Position numbers and translations under genes: made by a program. A stretch of 64,000 nt of DNA from Cyanobacteria bacterium P01_A01_bin.123 (GTDB lineage Bacteria > Cyanobacteriota > Cyanobacteriia > Phormidesmidales > Phormidesmidaceae): positions 128,001 through 192,000 of the forward strand of contig JBCBZT010000006.1 of assembly GCA_039815185.1 (NCBI GenBank), given 5' to 3'. Positions 40,717-52,403 of this stretch are shown here, one piece after another. Below the pieces are notes generated by a model. It was not told the origin of the DNA, did no database searches, and saw only the letters and a list, made by a program, of their open reading frames with translations. Each line of letters begins with the position of its first letter. Position 1 is the stretch's first letter.

Positions 40717-41502
40717 ATGACCGCTGAACCGTTATACCAACTGGATACTGGGCGATTGTTGGGGGCGTTAGGGTTGATCGCGATCGCGCTGGGGCTCTCT
40801 AGCTGGCAACGCCTGGGTTTGACTTGGAATCTGGCCCTAGCCACTGGACGCACGCTATTGCAGCTGGGGGCAGTGGGCTATGTTTTGGCCGTCGTGTTTG
40901 ACTGGGGTAACCCCTGGATAACCTTAGCTGTGCTGCTGCTATTGCTAACCATGGCAGCGATTGTCACCCGTAACCGCATCAGCCAGAAGGTTCCTCGGCT
41001 GCTGCCTGTGGTGTGGGGCAGTTTGGCAGTGAGCTTGTTGTTGACACTGACCTACACGATTGGGGTGGTGATTCAGCCCGAAGCGCTGTTTGACCCCCGC
41101 TACTGGATTCCGTTGGCTGGGGGCGTGTTGGGGCATGCCATGGGCAGCGCTGGGATTGCGGGGGAACAGCTCGTCTCGACTTTGAATCAGCATCGCCTCG
41201 ATATTGAAACCCATCTGAGTTTGGGGGCGACGCCCCAGCAAGCGATCGCGGTCTATACGCGTCAAGCTATTCGGGCTGCCGTACTGCCGACGTTGAACAC
41301 AATGGCAATTGTAGGCATCGTCAGTTTACCTGGCTTTCTCTCAGGGCAACTGCTGGGGGGCGTTGAACCGCTTAATGCTGCGGCTTATCAAACCCTGCTG
41401 ATGCTGATGCTGGCGTTTTCGTCTTTGCTGGCATCGTTACTGGTGACAGCTGGGATTCGGCAGCGATGCTTTAATCGGGCAGCACAGTTGATATTGCCTT
41501 AA
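40717..41502 (+). CDS. FetB/STAR2 (UPF0014) ABC transporter permease
   Basis: RTLLQL, PRYWIPLAG, IETHLSLGAT, GIVSLPG..SGQLLGG. Confidence 0.88.
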   Translation: MTAEPLYQLDTGRLLGALGLIAIALGLSSWQRLGLTWNLALATGRTLLQLGAVGYVLAVVFDWGNPWITLAVLLLLLTMAAIVTRNRISQKVPRLLPVVWGSLAVSLLLTLTYTIGVVIQPEALFDPRYWIPLAGGVLGHAMGSAGIAGEQLVSTLNQHRLDIETHLSLGATPQQAIAVYTRQAIRAAVLPTLNTMAIVGIVSLPGFLSGQLLGGVEPLNAAAYQTLLMLMLAFSSLLASLLVTAGIRQRCFNRAAQLILP

Positions 41503-43331
41503 ATGGACTGCCGATAATCGGTCAATAGCTCAAGCAAATAGTCGTAGCCGTCGACGCCGATTTGGGGCAATAATTGGGGGCGGTGACTGGCCAGGTGGGC
41601 TTGGAAAGCTTCCGGGCCGAGTTGTCCGTAGAGGATACTCAAGAGTCCGGCGGGTTGTCGCCATTGGGAAGAGTTGATCTGGTGCAGGGTATACATGGCC
41701 AAGCTACCCGTGTAGATAGCCAGTTCGAAGTTGCTTTGACCGCGATAGGCTTCGGCTAGGTAGGCACAGTTGAGACCTTGTAGGAAGCGATCGCCGATGG
41801 CTTGGGCCACCATCAGTCCTTTTTGTAGGGACTCGATAGCCACGTCGTACTGTCCGAGCATCACCTGGGCGACGCCTAAGCTATGGCTGCATAGGGCTTG
41901 ACTGGGGCGATCGCCCAATTCATCGCATAAAGCCAAGCCCCGCTGGAGAGAATCCAGCATGTTTACGTAACGCTCGGGGTCGAGGGTCGTGGCTTTGGCC
42001 TGAAAAACTTCGCTGTAACCCAGATTAGCTAGGGCATTGGCTTCTCCCAATCGATCGCCGCTTTGGCGGGCTAGAATTAGCGCCCGTTGGCTGCTGTCAA
42101 TGGCGGCAGCGTAGTCCCGTTGGCGCACTCGTGTGCGGCTCAGGTGGTTGAGGTTAGCGATTTCACAGGGGCGATCGCCTGCTTCCCTGGCGATGTCTAG
42201 GGCGTGTTGGTGGAACTGCAGCGCCTGTTCATATTGGCCTACCGCCCGTTGGGAATAGCCCAGCAGCGTCAAGATGCGGGCCTTACTTTGGGTGTTAGCA
42301 GCTTGGCGGAGGGGTTGGTCGAGGTAGTTTAGCAGGGTATCTAAAGATTCCCCTGACAATGCAGCAAACAATCCGCCGTAGAGGGGAAAGTAAGTTTGCT
42401 GGGCAAATTGATAGAGGACTTGCAGGGCCATCTGAAAACAGCCAGCGGCGAGTTGGGGTTGGCTCAGCTGGGTAAACCGCTGCCAAAGTTGGCTCCACAC
42501 CACAGAGAAAGTGAGAAATGTCGCAATGGACAACCGCTTACCCGCTTGCGGATCATAGGGTTGCTTATCAAACCAGGCAACTAGGCCCAACTGCAACCGT
42601 TGCAACACAACGGCCATTTCGACCCAGTGGGTCACTGTCACTAAAGTTGGTATTCCCGCCGCAGTCACGGTTTGGTGCTGCCCTAGATCGGCAAATAGCT
42701 GCTTCAGTGGCGATTGGTTCACCACCTTAGACCAATAGGTCCACGGGCTACGCGATTCAACAGTATTGCCAAACCCCAAGGTCCGCTGACTACCGTAAAC
42801 CCATCCAATCAAGTCGCCTTGGAGGGATTGCCAGGTTTGCAACCCCTGGCTTAACCCCCGACCTAATTCGACCAGGGGCATAGGAGAAGGCTGACCATCA
42901 TCAGGAGATTGTTGCAACTGCTGAGCCAGTTGATGCAGTTGGTCGCGGTTGAGCCATTCGCTTTGGTTCGGATCGAGGGCTAACAGCAACTGGCTCAGAC
43001 GTTCATCCGGGGGAATCGTCGCGATCGCGTTTAGCAATCCCGCCATCACAGCACTGGTTTGATTTTCTTGCTGCCAGCGCTGCCACTCCGATTGAATGGT
43101 CTTGAGGGCACGTTGCTTGCGGATAGCCTTGGCTTGCTTAAGGTCGTCGTCTGATGTGAGTTGACCCTGTATGCTTTCGCTATAGGCTTGTAACCCCCGT
43201 TCAAAAATCTCTCCCGTGCCCGGCTCAATGCCAGCCTGCAGCATATCGTAGACCTGGGCCTTTGAGCGAATTTGACCCTTGAGGGTTGCCGTCACAATTT
43301 GCTCAATTAATGCCTCGTAGCGATCGCCCAT
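41499..43331 (-). CDS. Tetratricopeptide repeat protein
   Basis: C-terminal TPRs (LGYSQRAVGQYEQAL, GDRLGEANALANLG). Confidence 0.88.
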   Translation of the reverse strand: MGDRYEALIEQIVTATLKGQIRSKAQVYDMLQAGIEPGTGEIFERGLQAYSESIQGQLTSDDDLKQAKAIRKQRALKTIQSEWQRWQQENQTSAVMAGLLNAIATIPPDERLSQLLLALDPNQSEWLNRDQLHQLAQQLQQSPDDGQPSPMPLVELGRGLSQGLQTWQSLQGDLIGWVYGSQRTLGFGNTVESRSPWTYWSKVVNQSPLKQLFADLGQHQTVTAAGIPTLVTVTHWVEMAVVLQRLQLGLVAWFDKQPYDPQAGKRLSIATFLTFSVVWSQLWQRFTQLSQPQLAAGCFQMALQVLYQFAQQTYFPLYGGLFAALSGESLDTLLNYLDQPLRQAANTQSKARILTLLGYSQRAVGQYEQALQFHQHALDIAREAGDRPCEIANLNHLSRTRVRQRDYAAAIDSSQRALILARQSGDRLGEANALANLGYSEVFQAKATTLDPERYVNMLDSLQRGLALCDELGDRPSQALCSHSLGVAQVMLGQYDVAIESLQKGLMVAQAIGDRFLQGLNCAYLAEAYRGQSNFELAIYTGSLAMYTLHQINSSQWRQPAGLLSILYGQLGPEAFQAHLASHRPQLLPQIGVDGYDYLLELLTDYRQSI

Positions 43332-43607
43332 CGTTATCCCAGAATGGCTTACCGTTTTAGCCTAACGTATCAGCCTTAAAGGATAAGGGAGAGTATGGGG
43401 AACGGGACGGCATAGGAGCAGGGGGACAACACTTGCATGTTTGGGCAAGAATGTGTCACTTTTCAGGACAACTACCTTGGTCACGTCTGAGTCAGCGTCT
43501 CAGACCGTAAATCTTCCCCCAGCTCGTTGAGTTGGATCGGGCGTAGCAAGGCTCAGCCATAAAGCTTTTCGCGTTTAATTGATGATATGCCCTAGCCTCT
43601 AACGCCT

Positions 43608-44777
43608 TTAAGTCGCCGTTTGCTCTTCTAGCAATTCTGCGATCGCGACGTGCTCGATCGGCAGTTCAGCCGGAACAGGCTGACGGGTGTCGGTAATCAG
43701 CCAGTCGAGGGCGGCGGCTTTCATATCGATGGAGGCCCCATTTTTGTCTACACAGTAACGCCCGAAAACCAGTTTATCGGTCAGTCGGACGCCTCGACCA
43801 ATGCGGGAGTATTCAAAGATAACGCTTTTATCGACAATGGCATTGCTGCAAATGCAGCAGCTAGCGCCGATCATGCTGGGGCCAATGATAGTCGCACCAT
43901 CCTCGATTTCAGCCATACCGCCAATGTAAACCGGGCCTTGGATATCTACTTTGTCCCAGTTGACTTTGACATTGAGTCCAGCATAGACCCCTGGCTTAAT
44001 TTCGTTGCCCGGGATTTGCACGCCTTTGACTTGACCCGTCAAGACATCTTGAATGGCCTGCCAGTAGTCGGGCACCTTACCGATATCGACCCACTCAAAG
44101 TCCATCGTGATGCCGTAAAACGGGGCATTGGCTTCTACTAGTTTGGGGAAGAGATCGCCCCCAATGTCAAACTCGACCCCGGACGGGATGTAGTCAAAAA
44201 TTTCCGGTTCAAAGATGTAAATCCCAGTGTTGATGTCGGTGCTAAGCGCTTCTTCAACCGAAGGCTTTTCTTGGAAGGACTTGATTTTGCCGTTGTCGTC
44301 GGTAACCACCACGCCATAACTGGGGACTTGCTTGATGGGTACAGACTTCATGACGATAGTGGCAATGGAGCCTTTTTCACGGTGTTGACGCAGCGCTTCG
44401 GTTAAGTCGAGGTCAATCAGAGCATCACCGCAAAGCACGATAAAGGTTTCGTCGAAGAAGGGGTAGAAATCTTGGATCTTGCGCATCCCCCCAGCAGAAC
44501 CGACGGCCTCACCCACAAGTTGACCATCAATGATACGGCCTTCAAATGAGTAAGCCAGCTCGACGCCAAATCTTTGACCATCGCGAAAGTAGCCTTCGAT
44601 TTCATTGGCCAAATGACTGACGTTGGCCATAATCTGCGTAAAGCCGTGATGGCGAAGCAGTTCGAGCAAAAATTCCATCACTGGCTTTTGCAAGATAGGA
44701 ATCATTGGCTTGGGAATGGTATACGTGATCGGACGAACCCGAGTTCCCTTACCTGCGGCCAGAATCATGGCTTTCAT
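43608..44777 (-). CDS. cugP: NDP-sugar pyrophosphorylase, cyanobacterial CugP type
   Basis: MKAMILAAGKGTRVRPIT, FQEKP, C-terminal left-handed beta-helix. Confidence 0.85.
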   Translation of the reverse strand: MKAMILAAGKGTRVRPITYTIPKPMIPILQKPVMEFLLELLRHHGFTQIMANVSHLANEIEGYFRDGQRFGVELAYSFEGRIIDGQLVGEAVGSAGGMRKIQDFYPFFDETFIVLCGDALIDLDLTEALRQHREKGSIATIVMKSVPIKQVPSYGVVVTDDNGKIKSFQEKPSVEEALSTDINTGIYIFEPEIFDYIPSGVEFDIGGDLFPKLVEANAPFYGITMDFEWVDIGKVPDYWQAIQDVLTGQVKGVQIPGNEIKPGVYAGLNVKVNWDKVDIQGPVYIGGMAEIEDGATIIGPSMIGASCCICSNAIVDKSVIFEYSRIGRGVRLTDKLVFGRYCVDKNGASIDMKAAALDWLITDTRQPVPAELPIEHVAIAELLEEQTAT

Positions 44778-44931
44778 ATAGACCTATTGTGCTCCCAAAG
44801 TAATCTACGGTTCAAACCTGGTTACTGCTACCATTCGCTATGCTATCAGCCCAGTTGGGATGCGTCAGCATCCTAACCAGAACTTGACCTTCTTTTGAAA
44901 ATTCGTCTAGTTTTCGGAGAATCCGCAACAA

Positions 44932-47900
44932 TTAGAACTTTCCCACGGGTACGGGGTGACTCCTCTCAGGATGACGATCAGACGATTTACCCCTGCGGGG
45001 TTGCTCAAGGCTAAGCCGAACCGGTAATTGGATTCTAAAGGTGCTGCCCTGACCTATAGCTGACTCACAGATTAAATTGCCGCCGTGGGTGTCGGTGATG
45101 ATTTGATAACTGGTGGAGAGGCCCATGCCAGTCCCTTTGCCCACAGGTTTAGTCGTGAAGAAGGGGTCAAAGATGCGATCGCGAATGTCAGCAGAGATGC
45201 CGGGCCCGTTGTCTGCGATCGCGATTTCGACTTGTTCGGCATTGAGCAGTTGAGTCTGGATGTGGATTTCCGGATTAGGCTGAGTACTGTTTTGTAAGGC
45301 ATCGATGGCATTGTTCAAAATGTGCATCAGCACTTGATTGATCTGTCCGGCGTAACATTCAACTTTGGGTAATTGATCGTAGGCTTTGACCACTGCGATC
45401 GCTTTGGGCATATCTTTCCCCCAGAGCCGATTTTCTAAAATCGTCAGCGTGCTCTCTAGACCTTGATGGATGTCGATATCCTTGAGGGCAGCTTCATCCA
45501 ATCGAGAGAAAGTCCGCAAAGATTCAACAATGGTCTTGACCCGATTGGCTCCGTTTTTCATTGAGCCAAACAGATTAGGCAGATCCGCTCGCAAAAAGTC
45601 TAGATCAATGGCTTCGATTTGAGCGGCTATTTGGGCCAAGACATTGGCCGGTAAGGCAGAGCTGTGGGCTTGGTAACTGTCTATCAGGTCTAACAGGTCT
45701 TGGGTATAGTTTTGAGCGTGGTTAAGGTTGGTGTAAATAAAACCCATTGGATTGTTAATTTCATGGGCTACCCCAGCGACTAACTGCCCCAAACTCGACA
45801 TTTTTTCAGTTTGTACCATCTGGGCCTGGGTGCGCTGTAGCGTTTGCAAGGCTTGCTGCAGTTCTTCAGCCTTGGTTTGACTTTGATCGTAGAGTTCAGC
45901 CTGGGTGAGGGCGATGTCAAGCTGTTCGAGGACGTCTTCTAAAATTTCAATTTCTTCGGTTTGCCAAGTTCGAGGTCTACCATACTGCCAACAATTGAGA
46001 ACGCCGATTTGTCCAGAGGTGCGTTGAAATGGCACGCTCAAGAAAGCGCGAGTGTTAGAAGCCGCCAAAAGCGATTGCAGCGGTGATTCAGGCAGGGTGG
46101 CAACATCTGCAATGCGATCGCCCTTTAAGCTGAGTAGCTGTTGATTGATGGAGCTAAGGCTCGATGCAGAGATTGTAGTGCTATCAAGGTTGGGCAAGTC
46201 GGCGCGGTGAGCGTCGCCAAGGATAAGCCAATAAGGCGAATCATCTCCATCGGTATAGTGCAGGGTGAAGGTACAGCGATCAATGTGCAAATAAGATCGC
46301 AGGTTTTCTAGGGTGGTCGAGAGGATGGTCTCAAAGTCAAGGGTCTTACGGAGCTGCAGGTTGATTTGATTGAGGAGCCGTTCTCGATCGGCTTGTTCCT
46401 TCAACTGCTGTTGCGCTTGTTTGAGCTGGGTAATGTCTTCTATGGTGACGAGAATCCCTTCAATCTTGTTGCTGCTAGTTTTGAGCGGCAACTTGTTGGT
46501 GTTGAGCCATTTCGTCTGTCCGCCAACTGTTTGCGGTTCAATGATGCCAAGATCAGCTTGGCCAGATTCGATGACTTGGCGATCGCAGCTGCGATACCAG
46601 TCTGCTTCTTCCCGTGCAAATGGCAGGTCATAATCCGTTTTGCCAACCAGCTCCTGGGGGGAAGAAAAGCCGAGCATCTCAGCGATTTTTTGATTACACC
46701 CTTGGAGGCGGAGATCCCGATCTTTCCAGACTACTCCTTGGGGAAGGGCGTCTAAAATGAACTGCAGAAACTGCTGTGATGCCCTCACTTGCTCTTCAAT
46801 CTGTTTACGCTCGCGAATGTCTCGCAGAATAGTGGAGAAGTATTCCGTCCCGCCGTGTTCGTTTTTATGGGCAACTAGCACCTGAGATACCGGAATTTCT
46901 TCACCATAACGGTTGAGGAGATGACCTTCTCCAGACCAAACCCCGTCTCGGATCGTGGCCGGAATCACTTCAGACTCAAACTTGCGCGCAAATGCCGGTG
47001 ACAGCACCTGAGTAATGTGAAATCCCTTCGTACGTTCAGGGGGAATGGCCAACATCTCTTGCCCCGCTTGGTTGAGATAGATGCTGCGACCCTGGGCATC
47101 GGCCATACCGATGACATCGGGGGTTGCTTCTAAAATCGCTTGCAGGCGATCGCGTTCGAGCTGCAACTGGCGCTGTTCGGTGTCATCCAGCAATATCCCG
47201 TGCCACAGGATCGAACCATCATCTTGAAGTTCAGGGGTGGACTGAATTTGTAGCCATTTCTCTCGGCCTTGAAGATCAATAATGGGGCCTGTCCAGTCAA
47301 AGGTTCCTAAGGATTGGGCAGAGTCGATCATTGCCTGCTGAAAGCCCGGTAAATATTCGGGGACGACTAAGTCAATGACCGTATTGGCATCGGCCATAAT
47401 CTCGGCTTGGGTCAAACCGCCGTAGATTTCCTGGCAACGACCATTAACGTAGGGAAAGGACGCTTGCCCATCGGGTGTCAGACGGAATTGAAACAGCATG
47501 CCTGGAACTTTGCTGACCAATTGGGAAAATCTCTGCTCTCGCTGTTGCAGCTTGGCTTCGGCTTCGGTTCGCTGGGCCGACTCTTGAGCAAGCTGGCTCA
47601 GATTTTGCCGCAGTTCTAGCTGATTGACGACCAAGCGGCTAAGGGCCTGTAAGGATTGCTGTTGATCTTCAGATAGGGTGCGGGGTTGGGTGTCGATGGC
47701 GCAAACGGTACCCAGGGCAAACCCGTCTGGGGTAATCAACGGTGCACCGGCGTAAAACCGGATATGCGGTGCGCCCGTTACCAAGGGATTGTCCGCAAAG
47801 CGGGGATCTTGGGTGGCATCAGGAACCACCATCACCTCAGGCTGCAAAATGGCATGGGCACAAAATGCCTGGTCGCGATTGGTTTGACATACCCCCAATC

Positions 47901-48087
47901 CCTGAGATGATTTGAACCACTGGCGATCGCGATCGACCAAGCTAACCAAGGCAATGGGAACGTTTAAGAGTTGAGTGACTAAGTGGGTGATGTCATCGTA
48001 GGCCGTTTCGCTTTCAGTATCGAGGATGTTGTAGCTCGACAGCTTGGCTAGGCGTTGCGCTTCATTGGTCGGTAGCGGTGCACTCAT
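44932..48087 (-). CDS. GAF-PAS-PAS-PAS-GAF sensor histidine kinase
   Basis: N-terminal GAF ([14 protein letters not shown]), PAS domains, [24 protein letters not shown]. Confidence 0.93.
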   Translation of the reverse strand: MSAPLPTNEAQRLAKLSSYNILDTESETAYDDITHLVTQLLNVPIALVSLVDRDRQWFKSSQGLGVCQTNRDQAFCAHAILQPEVMVVPDATQDPRFADNPLVTGAPHIRFYAGAPLITPDGFALGTVCAIDTQPRTLSEDQQQSLQALSRLVVNQLELRQNLSQLAQESAQRTEAEAKLQQREQRFSQLVSKVPGMLFQFRLTPDGQASFPYVNGRCQEIYGGLTQAEIMADANTVIDLVVPEYLPGFQQAMIDSAQSLGTFDWTGPIIDLQGREKWLQIQSTPELQDDGSILWHGILLDDTEQRQLQLERDRLQAILEATPDVIGMADAQGRSIYLNQAGQEMLAIPPERTKGFHITQVLSPAFARKFESEVIPATIRDGVWSGEGHLLNRYGEEIPVSQVLVAHKNEHGGTEYFSTILRDIRERKQIEEQVRASQQFLQFILDALPQGVVWKDRDLRLQGCNQKIAEMLGFSSPQELVGKTDYDLPFAREEADWYRSCDRQVIESGQADLGIIEPQTVGGQTKWLNTNKLPLKTSSNKIEGILVTIEDITQLKQAQQQLKEQADRERLLNQINLQLRKTLDFETILSTTLENLRSYLHIDRCTFTLHYTDGDDSPYWLILGDAHRADLPNLDSTTISASSLSSINQQLLSLKGDRIADVATLPESPLQSLLAASNTRAFLSVPFQRTSGQIGVLNCWQYGRPRTWQTEEIEILEDVLEQLDIALTQAELYDQSQTKAEELQQALQTLQRTQAQMVQTEKMSSLGQLVAGVAHEINNPMGFIYTNLNHAQNYTQDLLDLIDSYQAHSSALPANVLAQIAAQIEAIDLDFLRADLPNLFGSMKNGANRVKTIVESLRTFSRLDEAALKDIDIHQGLESTLTILENRLWGKDMPKAIAVVKAYDQLPKVECYAGQINQVLMHILNNAIDALQNSTQPNPEIHIQTQLLNAEQVEIAIADNGPGISADIRDRIFDPFFTTKPVGKGTGMGLSTSYQIITDTHGGNLICESAIGQGSTFRIQLPVRLSLEQPRRGKSSDRHPERSHPVPVGKF

Positions 48088-48248
48088 AGGAGTTCAAATG
48101 GACTGGATTAATAACCTAACTCGGCCTTAGCGACGTCAAGGGGGTACCAACTTTGTAAGGGAGTGTATATGGGGTTGTAGATAAGTCAAGATTGCCCGCG
48201 AGACCTTACCAACTAACGGTTGAAGCTAGTAGTTCAGCCATATCCCTA

Positions 48249-48288
48249 AGCCATATCTCATAGAGAGAAGCCATATCTCATAGAGAGA
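48249..48288. repeat. 20-bp tandem duplication spanning the sbcC stop codon
   Basis: AGCCATATCTCATAGAGAGA x2. Confidence 0.85.
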
Positions 48289-51283
48289 CCTGAATTTGGG
48301 AGCCATCTGGAGATTTGATCACATCGATGCGAGTTTGAAAGGCCTCACGAAAGTGGGGTACGTGGGTGACGGTGAGAATGCAGGCAAAATCCGTCGCGAT
48401 CGCGTTGATGGCGGCAATCAAGCGATCGCAGCCCTCCCGGTCTTGGGTGCCAAAGCCTTCATCGATAATCAGCAGCTGCAAGGCCGTCCCCGAGCGTTGG
48501 GCCAGCAGTCGGGCTAGAGCCAACCGGATGGCAAAGTTCACCCGAAACGCTTCTCCGCCTGAGTAGGTTTCATAGGGGCGGGTGCCTCGGGCATCGGCAA
48601 TTAAAATATCGAGGGTGTCAATCACCTTAGCTTTGCGCCGCCCAGTTCGCTGGGTGAGGAACTGTACGTGCAGTTGATTGGCGCTGAGCCGACTCAAGAT
48701 TTGGTTGGTTTCAGCTTCTAGCTGGGGCAGTACATTTTCAATCATCAGGGCCTGGATGCCGTTACGGCCAAAGGCATAGGCGAGCTCACCATAAACCCGC
48801 GATCGCTGACGAGCCTCTTCTAAAGCCTGCTGCTGTTGATCAAACTGCTGCTGTCGCCGATCGAGCTCGGCCAACTGCTGCTGCAATCGACCTTGCTGGG
48901 CCAAATCATACTCTCGTTGGGTTTGGCGCTGGGTCAGTTGGGCTTCTAAGGTCGCGATCGCGCTTTGACAATCGGGCCTTTGGACAAGCTGCTGTTGCAG
49001 TTGGGTCAGCTGCTGGGTGAGAACAGTGCGCTCTGCTTGATGGGTGTGCAGTTGGGCTTCGAGGGTTTGGCGCTGTTGATTGACCTGGGGTAGCTGTTGG
49101 TTTGCTTGATTCAGTGCCTGTTGCCGAGCTTGCCATTGCTGGGCCTGAGCCAGCGCCTGCCTCAACTGCTGGTGTTGCTCAAAATGGTAGTCAAGATCAC
49201 TCAGGTGTCGATCAAGCCGCTGGATCTTTCGCTGCAGGGAACTTTGGGCGATCGCGTCAAGCTTTTCTTCGAACTGGGCTAGCTGAGCCACTTGCTCGGG
49301 TCGTTGAGCGAGTAGAGCCTCTCGTCGTCGCTGGGCCTGCTGTAAGTCTTTAACCTTCACGTCGGCCCAGCGCAATCGATCCACCTGCCCACGCACTAGG
49401 GCATGATCTCGATCGTCATAGTCCAACTCAGCCAATTGCTGATCGAGCCAGTGCAGTTCTTCATGCAAGTCGCTAGCGTAGCGTTTTTCTTCGAGGCAAC
49501 GTTCAAGCTGGGCTTTTTCTGATTCAAGCCGACTCAACTGTGCCTGGGTATCTTCAGTAGAGCGTATCCGGGCTTGCAAGTGTCCTCGCCGTTCGAGTAC
49601 GGCCCCGTATTTTTCGAGGTCATCTTCAAGGGTTCGATATTCTTGACGCAGCACCTGAATTTCTTTTTCAGCGGTGGCAAGCTGTTCTCGAATCACCCAA
49701 ATTTGATCTTGCGTGCTGCTCCGCTCTGATTGATGGCGTTTGAGCACGAGCTCCCAATGTTGCTCATCCAGGGGACGATCGCATACGGGGCATAATGCAT
49801 TAGGCTCTGAGATGAGCTGAATTTTTTGATCGAGTTGAATCAATTGCAGTTCATAGGTGCGCTGATTGGCTTGGAGTCGCTCCATCAAGCTGCGGCGCTC
49901 TAAACCCCGTTCGCGCACTTTTTCCTGGTAATCGCGGCGTTCTTCTAGATATTTAACCGCGTCGGTAATTTCTAAAACTGCTTGCTGCAGTTGGGGCTGC
50001 TGGGCTTGTTGGGTTTGCAGGTGAACTTCAGATTGCTTAAGGGCTTCTAGACGGGCAGATAGCTGGGTTTGGGTGCGATCAATTTGGCTTTGCAGCTCGC
50101 CGCGCCGCTGGATCAAGGGCGTTACCGTTAGTTGGAGCTTGTCATAACGACTCAGCTTGGCCTGGGCATGCCGTAATTGAGTCAGGGCCGCTTGAATCTC
50201 TTCAGTTTTCGCTAACATCGCGTCGGTATCTTGCAGCTGTTGGTCGAGCAGTTGTAGGCCGAGGGTCGCCTGCTGAATTTGGTTTTGTAGATCTTGATGT
50301 TGGGCCTGAAGCTGGCTGGCTAACTCAACGCGCCGAGACTGGGTTTGTCGGTAGGTGTGAAACCGCTGATTGTAGGCGGCTTCTTCTGTTTGGAGGTGTT
50401 GCCAGTGCTGACACCCGGCTGCGATCGCATCTGCGCGGGCTACAGTGGCTGCTAATTCACGCTGTTGAGTACAGACGGCGCTGAGGGTTTGCTGCAACCG
50501 GGCAATGGTCTGTTCTAGATGATCTACTTGCTGTTGGTACAGGGCCTGTTGTTGCTGACAGTCCTGTCGTTGGCGGTGTTGCTGCTGCAAGGTTTTCAAC
50601 TGGACTTGATCGGCGTCTTGTTGATCCTGCGTCTCGGCCAATTTTAGTTCAAGGGTGCGATATTCTGCCGCGATCGCGCTCCGGTGCTGCAGCTGAGCTT
50701 CCAGGTCAATCTGGTTGCTTTCCAGTAGCTTGACCTGGGCCTTAGCGTCCCGGGCCTGTTCTTTGGCCCGCTCTGCCAAAGCATCGTACTGGCCAAGCTT
50801 AAGCAAATCGGCCAAAATCTGCTTGCGTTCGCTGGGACGCTTGAGCATAAACGCATCGGCTTTGCCCTGGCGCAAATAGGCTGAATTGACAAAGGTTTCG
50901 TAGTCAAGCTTTAGATGCTGTTGAATCAGCGCTTGGGTCGCCCGAATGCCCCGCTGGGTCAACGCTCGAAACCCGCCCTCGGTTTGAACCTGAAATTCTA
51001 GTGCGCTGGCCTGGTTGCGTCGCCGGGTGCGAATCACCCGATAGGTTTGCTGCTGGTGCTGAAAGACAAAATCGACCTGAGCCTCTGCCTCACCCAGATG
51101 GACGACGTCGTCTTCTGTGGCAACCCGACTATGGCCCCAAACTGCCCACGCAATCGCTTCCAGCAGCGACGACTTGCCCGCCCCATTGGGACCGCAAACA
51201 CAGGCCACGTGCAACCCGCGAAAATCTAGGGTGGTTGATCGATAGCTGAGGAAATTTTTCAGCGTTAACCGCTGGGGGATCAT
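48278..51283 (-). CDS. sbcC: Exonuclease SbcC (Rad50-like SMC ATPase)
   Basis: GPNGAGKSS Walker A, CPVC zinc hook, YSGGE signature, LIIDEGFG Walker B. Confidence 0.95.
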   Translation of the reverse strand: MIPQRLTLKNFLSYRSTTLDFRGLHVACVCGPNGAGKSSLLEAIAWAVWGHSRVATEDDVVHLGEAEAQVDFVFQHQQQTYRVIRTRRRNQASALEFQVQTEGGFRALTQRGIRATQALIQQHLKLDYETFVNSAYLRQGKADAFMLKRPSERKQILADLLKLGQYDALAERAKEQARDAKAQVKLLESNQIDLEAQLQHRSAIAAEYRTLELKLAETQDQQDADQVQLKTLQQQHRQRQDCQQQQALYQQQVDHLEQTIARLQQTLSAVCTQQRELAATVARADAIAAGCQHWQHLQTEEAAYNQRFHTYRQTQSRRVELASQLQAQHQDLQNQIQQATLGLQLLDQQLQDTDAMLAKTEEIQAALTQLRHAQAKLSRYDKLQLTVTPLIQRRGELQSQIDRTQTQLSARLEALKQSEVHLQTQQAQQPQLQQAVLEITDAVKYLEERRDYQEKVRERGLERRSLMERLQANQRTYELQLIQLDQKIQLISEPNALCPVCDRPLDEQHWELVLKRHQSERSSTQDQIWVIREQLATAEKEIQVLRQEYRTLEDDLEKYGAVLERRGHLQARIRSTEDTQAQLSRLESEKAQLERCLEEKRYASDLHEELHWLDQQLAELDYDDRDHALVRGQVDRLRWADVKVKDLQQAQRRREALLAQRPEQVAQLAQFEEKLDAIAQSSLQRKIQRLDRHLSDLDYHFEQHQQLRQALAQAQQWQARQQALNQANQQLPQVNQQRQTLEAQLHTHQAERTVLTQQLTQLQQQLVQRPDCQSAIATLEAQLTQRQTQREYDLAQQGRLQQQLAELDRRQQQFDQQQQALEEARQRSRVYGELAYAFGRNGIQALMIENVLPQLEAETNQILSRLSANQLHVQFLTQRTGRRKAKVIDTLDILIADARGTRPYETYSGGEAFRVNFAIRLALARLLAQRSGTALQLLIIDEGFGTQDREGCDRLIAAINAIATDFACILTVTHVPHFREAFQTRIDVIKSPDGSQIQVSL

Positions 51284-51449
51284 TGCAGGTCAAGAAGATA
51301 CCGAATGATACTGATTGTATCAGTACACTAGATCTTTAGTTCGCCTGATCTATAGATTGCTTGGGTGATGGGTGATCGGTTTTAGGTCATGGGCTCAGTC
51401 CACCTCTCTATCCCGCTATCTCCCTATCTCTCCATCCCATCATCTACCC

Positions 51450-52367
51450 TTACCCCACATTCAACTGATGACTCGGCTTAAAGGTTTTAAGCACGTCCAA
51501 AAAGGCGTAGACTGCCGGGGATAATAAAGCGTCTGAAAGGACAATGACACCGATGATCCGTTCTAACACGACAGGCAGCTCTACAACGACGATGTCGTTA
51601 GGAATCGGTTCAGCCGCAAGTTTGGGCAGGATTGTTGCGCCTAGCCCCTGCCGCACCATGCTGATGATGGTGGAATCTTCACGGACTTCGTAGGCGGGTT
51701 TGAGGGAAATATCGATCGCTTGTGTTTGTTCGTCGATGACTTGACGACAGCAGTCGTCTATGGGCCCCAAAATTATCGGGTAACGGGTCAAATCTTGCCA
51801 GCTAATTGGGGTGGTTGAGGGCTGGGCAGTGGGGGGTAATAGGACAAGATAGCGATCGCGCAGCAGTTCCCAAGCGTCAAACTCTGGGGGCGCAGGCAGG
51901 TGGGTAAACCCCAGGTCAGCCCGCCCTTGCCGCAGATCGTCTTCGACCTGATGGTGGTGGGGTAGTTCATCGATGGCGACCTGTACGCCCGGATAGCGAT
52001 CGCGAAACTGCTCAATCACCGCTGGCAAAATATGAGTCCCCACGCTGCGAAATCCTTTGACCCGCACCACGCCTGATTGCAGTCCTCGCTCCTGTTGGGC
52101 TTGGGCACAAATATTGTCTAAAGCTTGCAGCACCTGCTTGGCTTCATGGGTAATTTGGCTGCCCACGGGCGTCAATACCGCACCTTGACGTCCCCGATTC
52201 AGCAAAATCACGCCCAGTTCATCTTCTAGGGTGGCGATCGCGTGGCTCACTGCCGACTGTGATAAATCAATGTGCAAAGCCGCATCGCTAAAGGTACCTG
52301 CTTCTGCGATCGCCACCAGCGCCCGCAACTGAGAAAGCTTGATTTTGGAAGGATTAATCTCGGCCAC
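51450..52367 (-). CDS. LysR-family transcriptional regulator
   Basis: N-terminal HTH (FSDAA...SQSAVSHAIATLE), substrate-binding domain. Confidence 0.95.
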   Translation of the reverse strand: MAEINPSKIKLSQLRALVAIAEAGTFSDAALHIDLSQSAVSHAIATLEDELGVILLNRGRQGAVLTPVGSQITHEAKQVLQALDNICAQAQQERGLQSGVVRVKGFRSVGTHILPAVIEQFRDRYPGVQVAIDELPHHHQVEDDLRQGRADLGFTHLPAPPEFDAWELLRDRYLVLLPPTAQPSTTPISWQDLTRYPIILGPIDDCCRQVIDEQTQAIDISLKPAYEVREDSTIISMVRQGLGATILPKLAAEPIPNDIVVVELPVVLERIIGVIVLSDALLSPAVYAFLDVLKTFKPSHQLNVG

Positions 52368-52403
52368 AAGTTTACTAATGATTTTGGGCTAATAATTTTG
52401 GAT

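Noticed and set aside
44932..48087. Cyanobacteriochrome or phytochrome
   Set aside because: Neither GAF shows DIP/DXCF or CH bilin-binding motifs.
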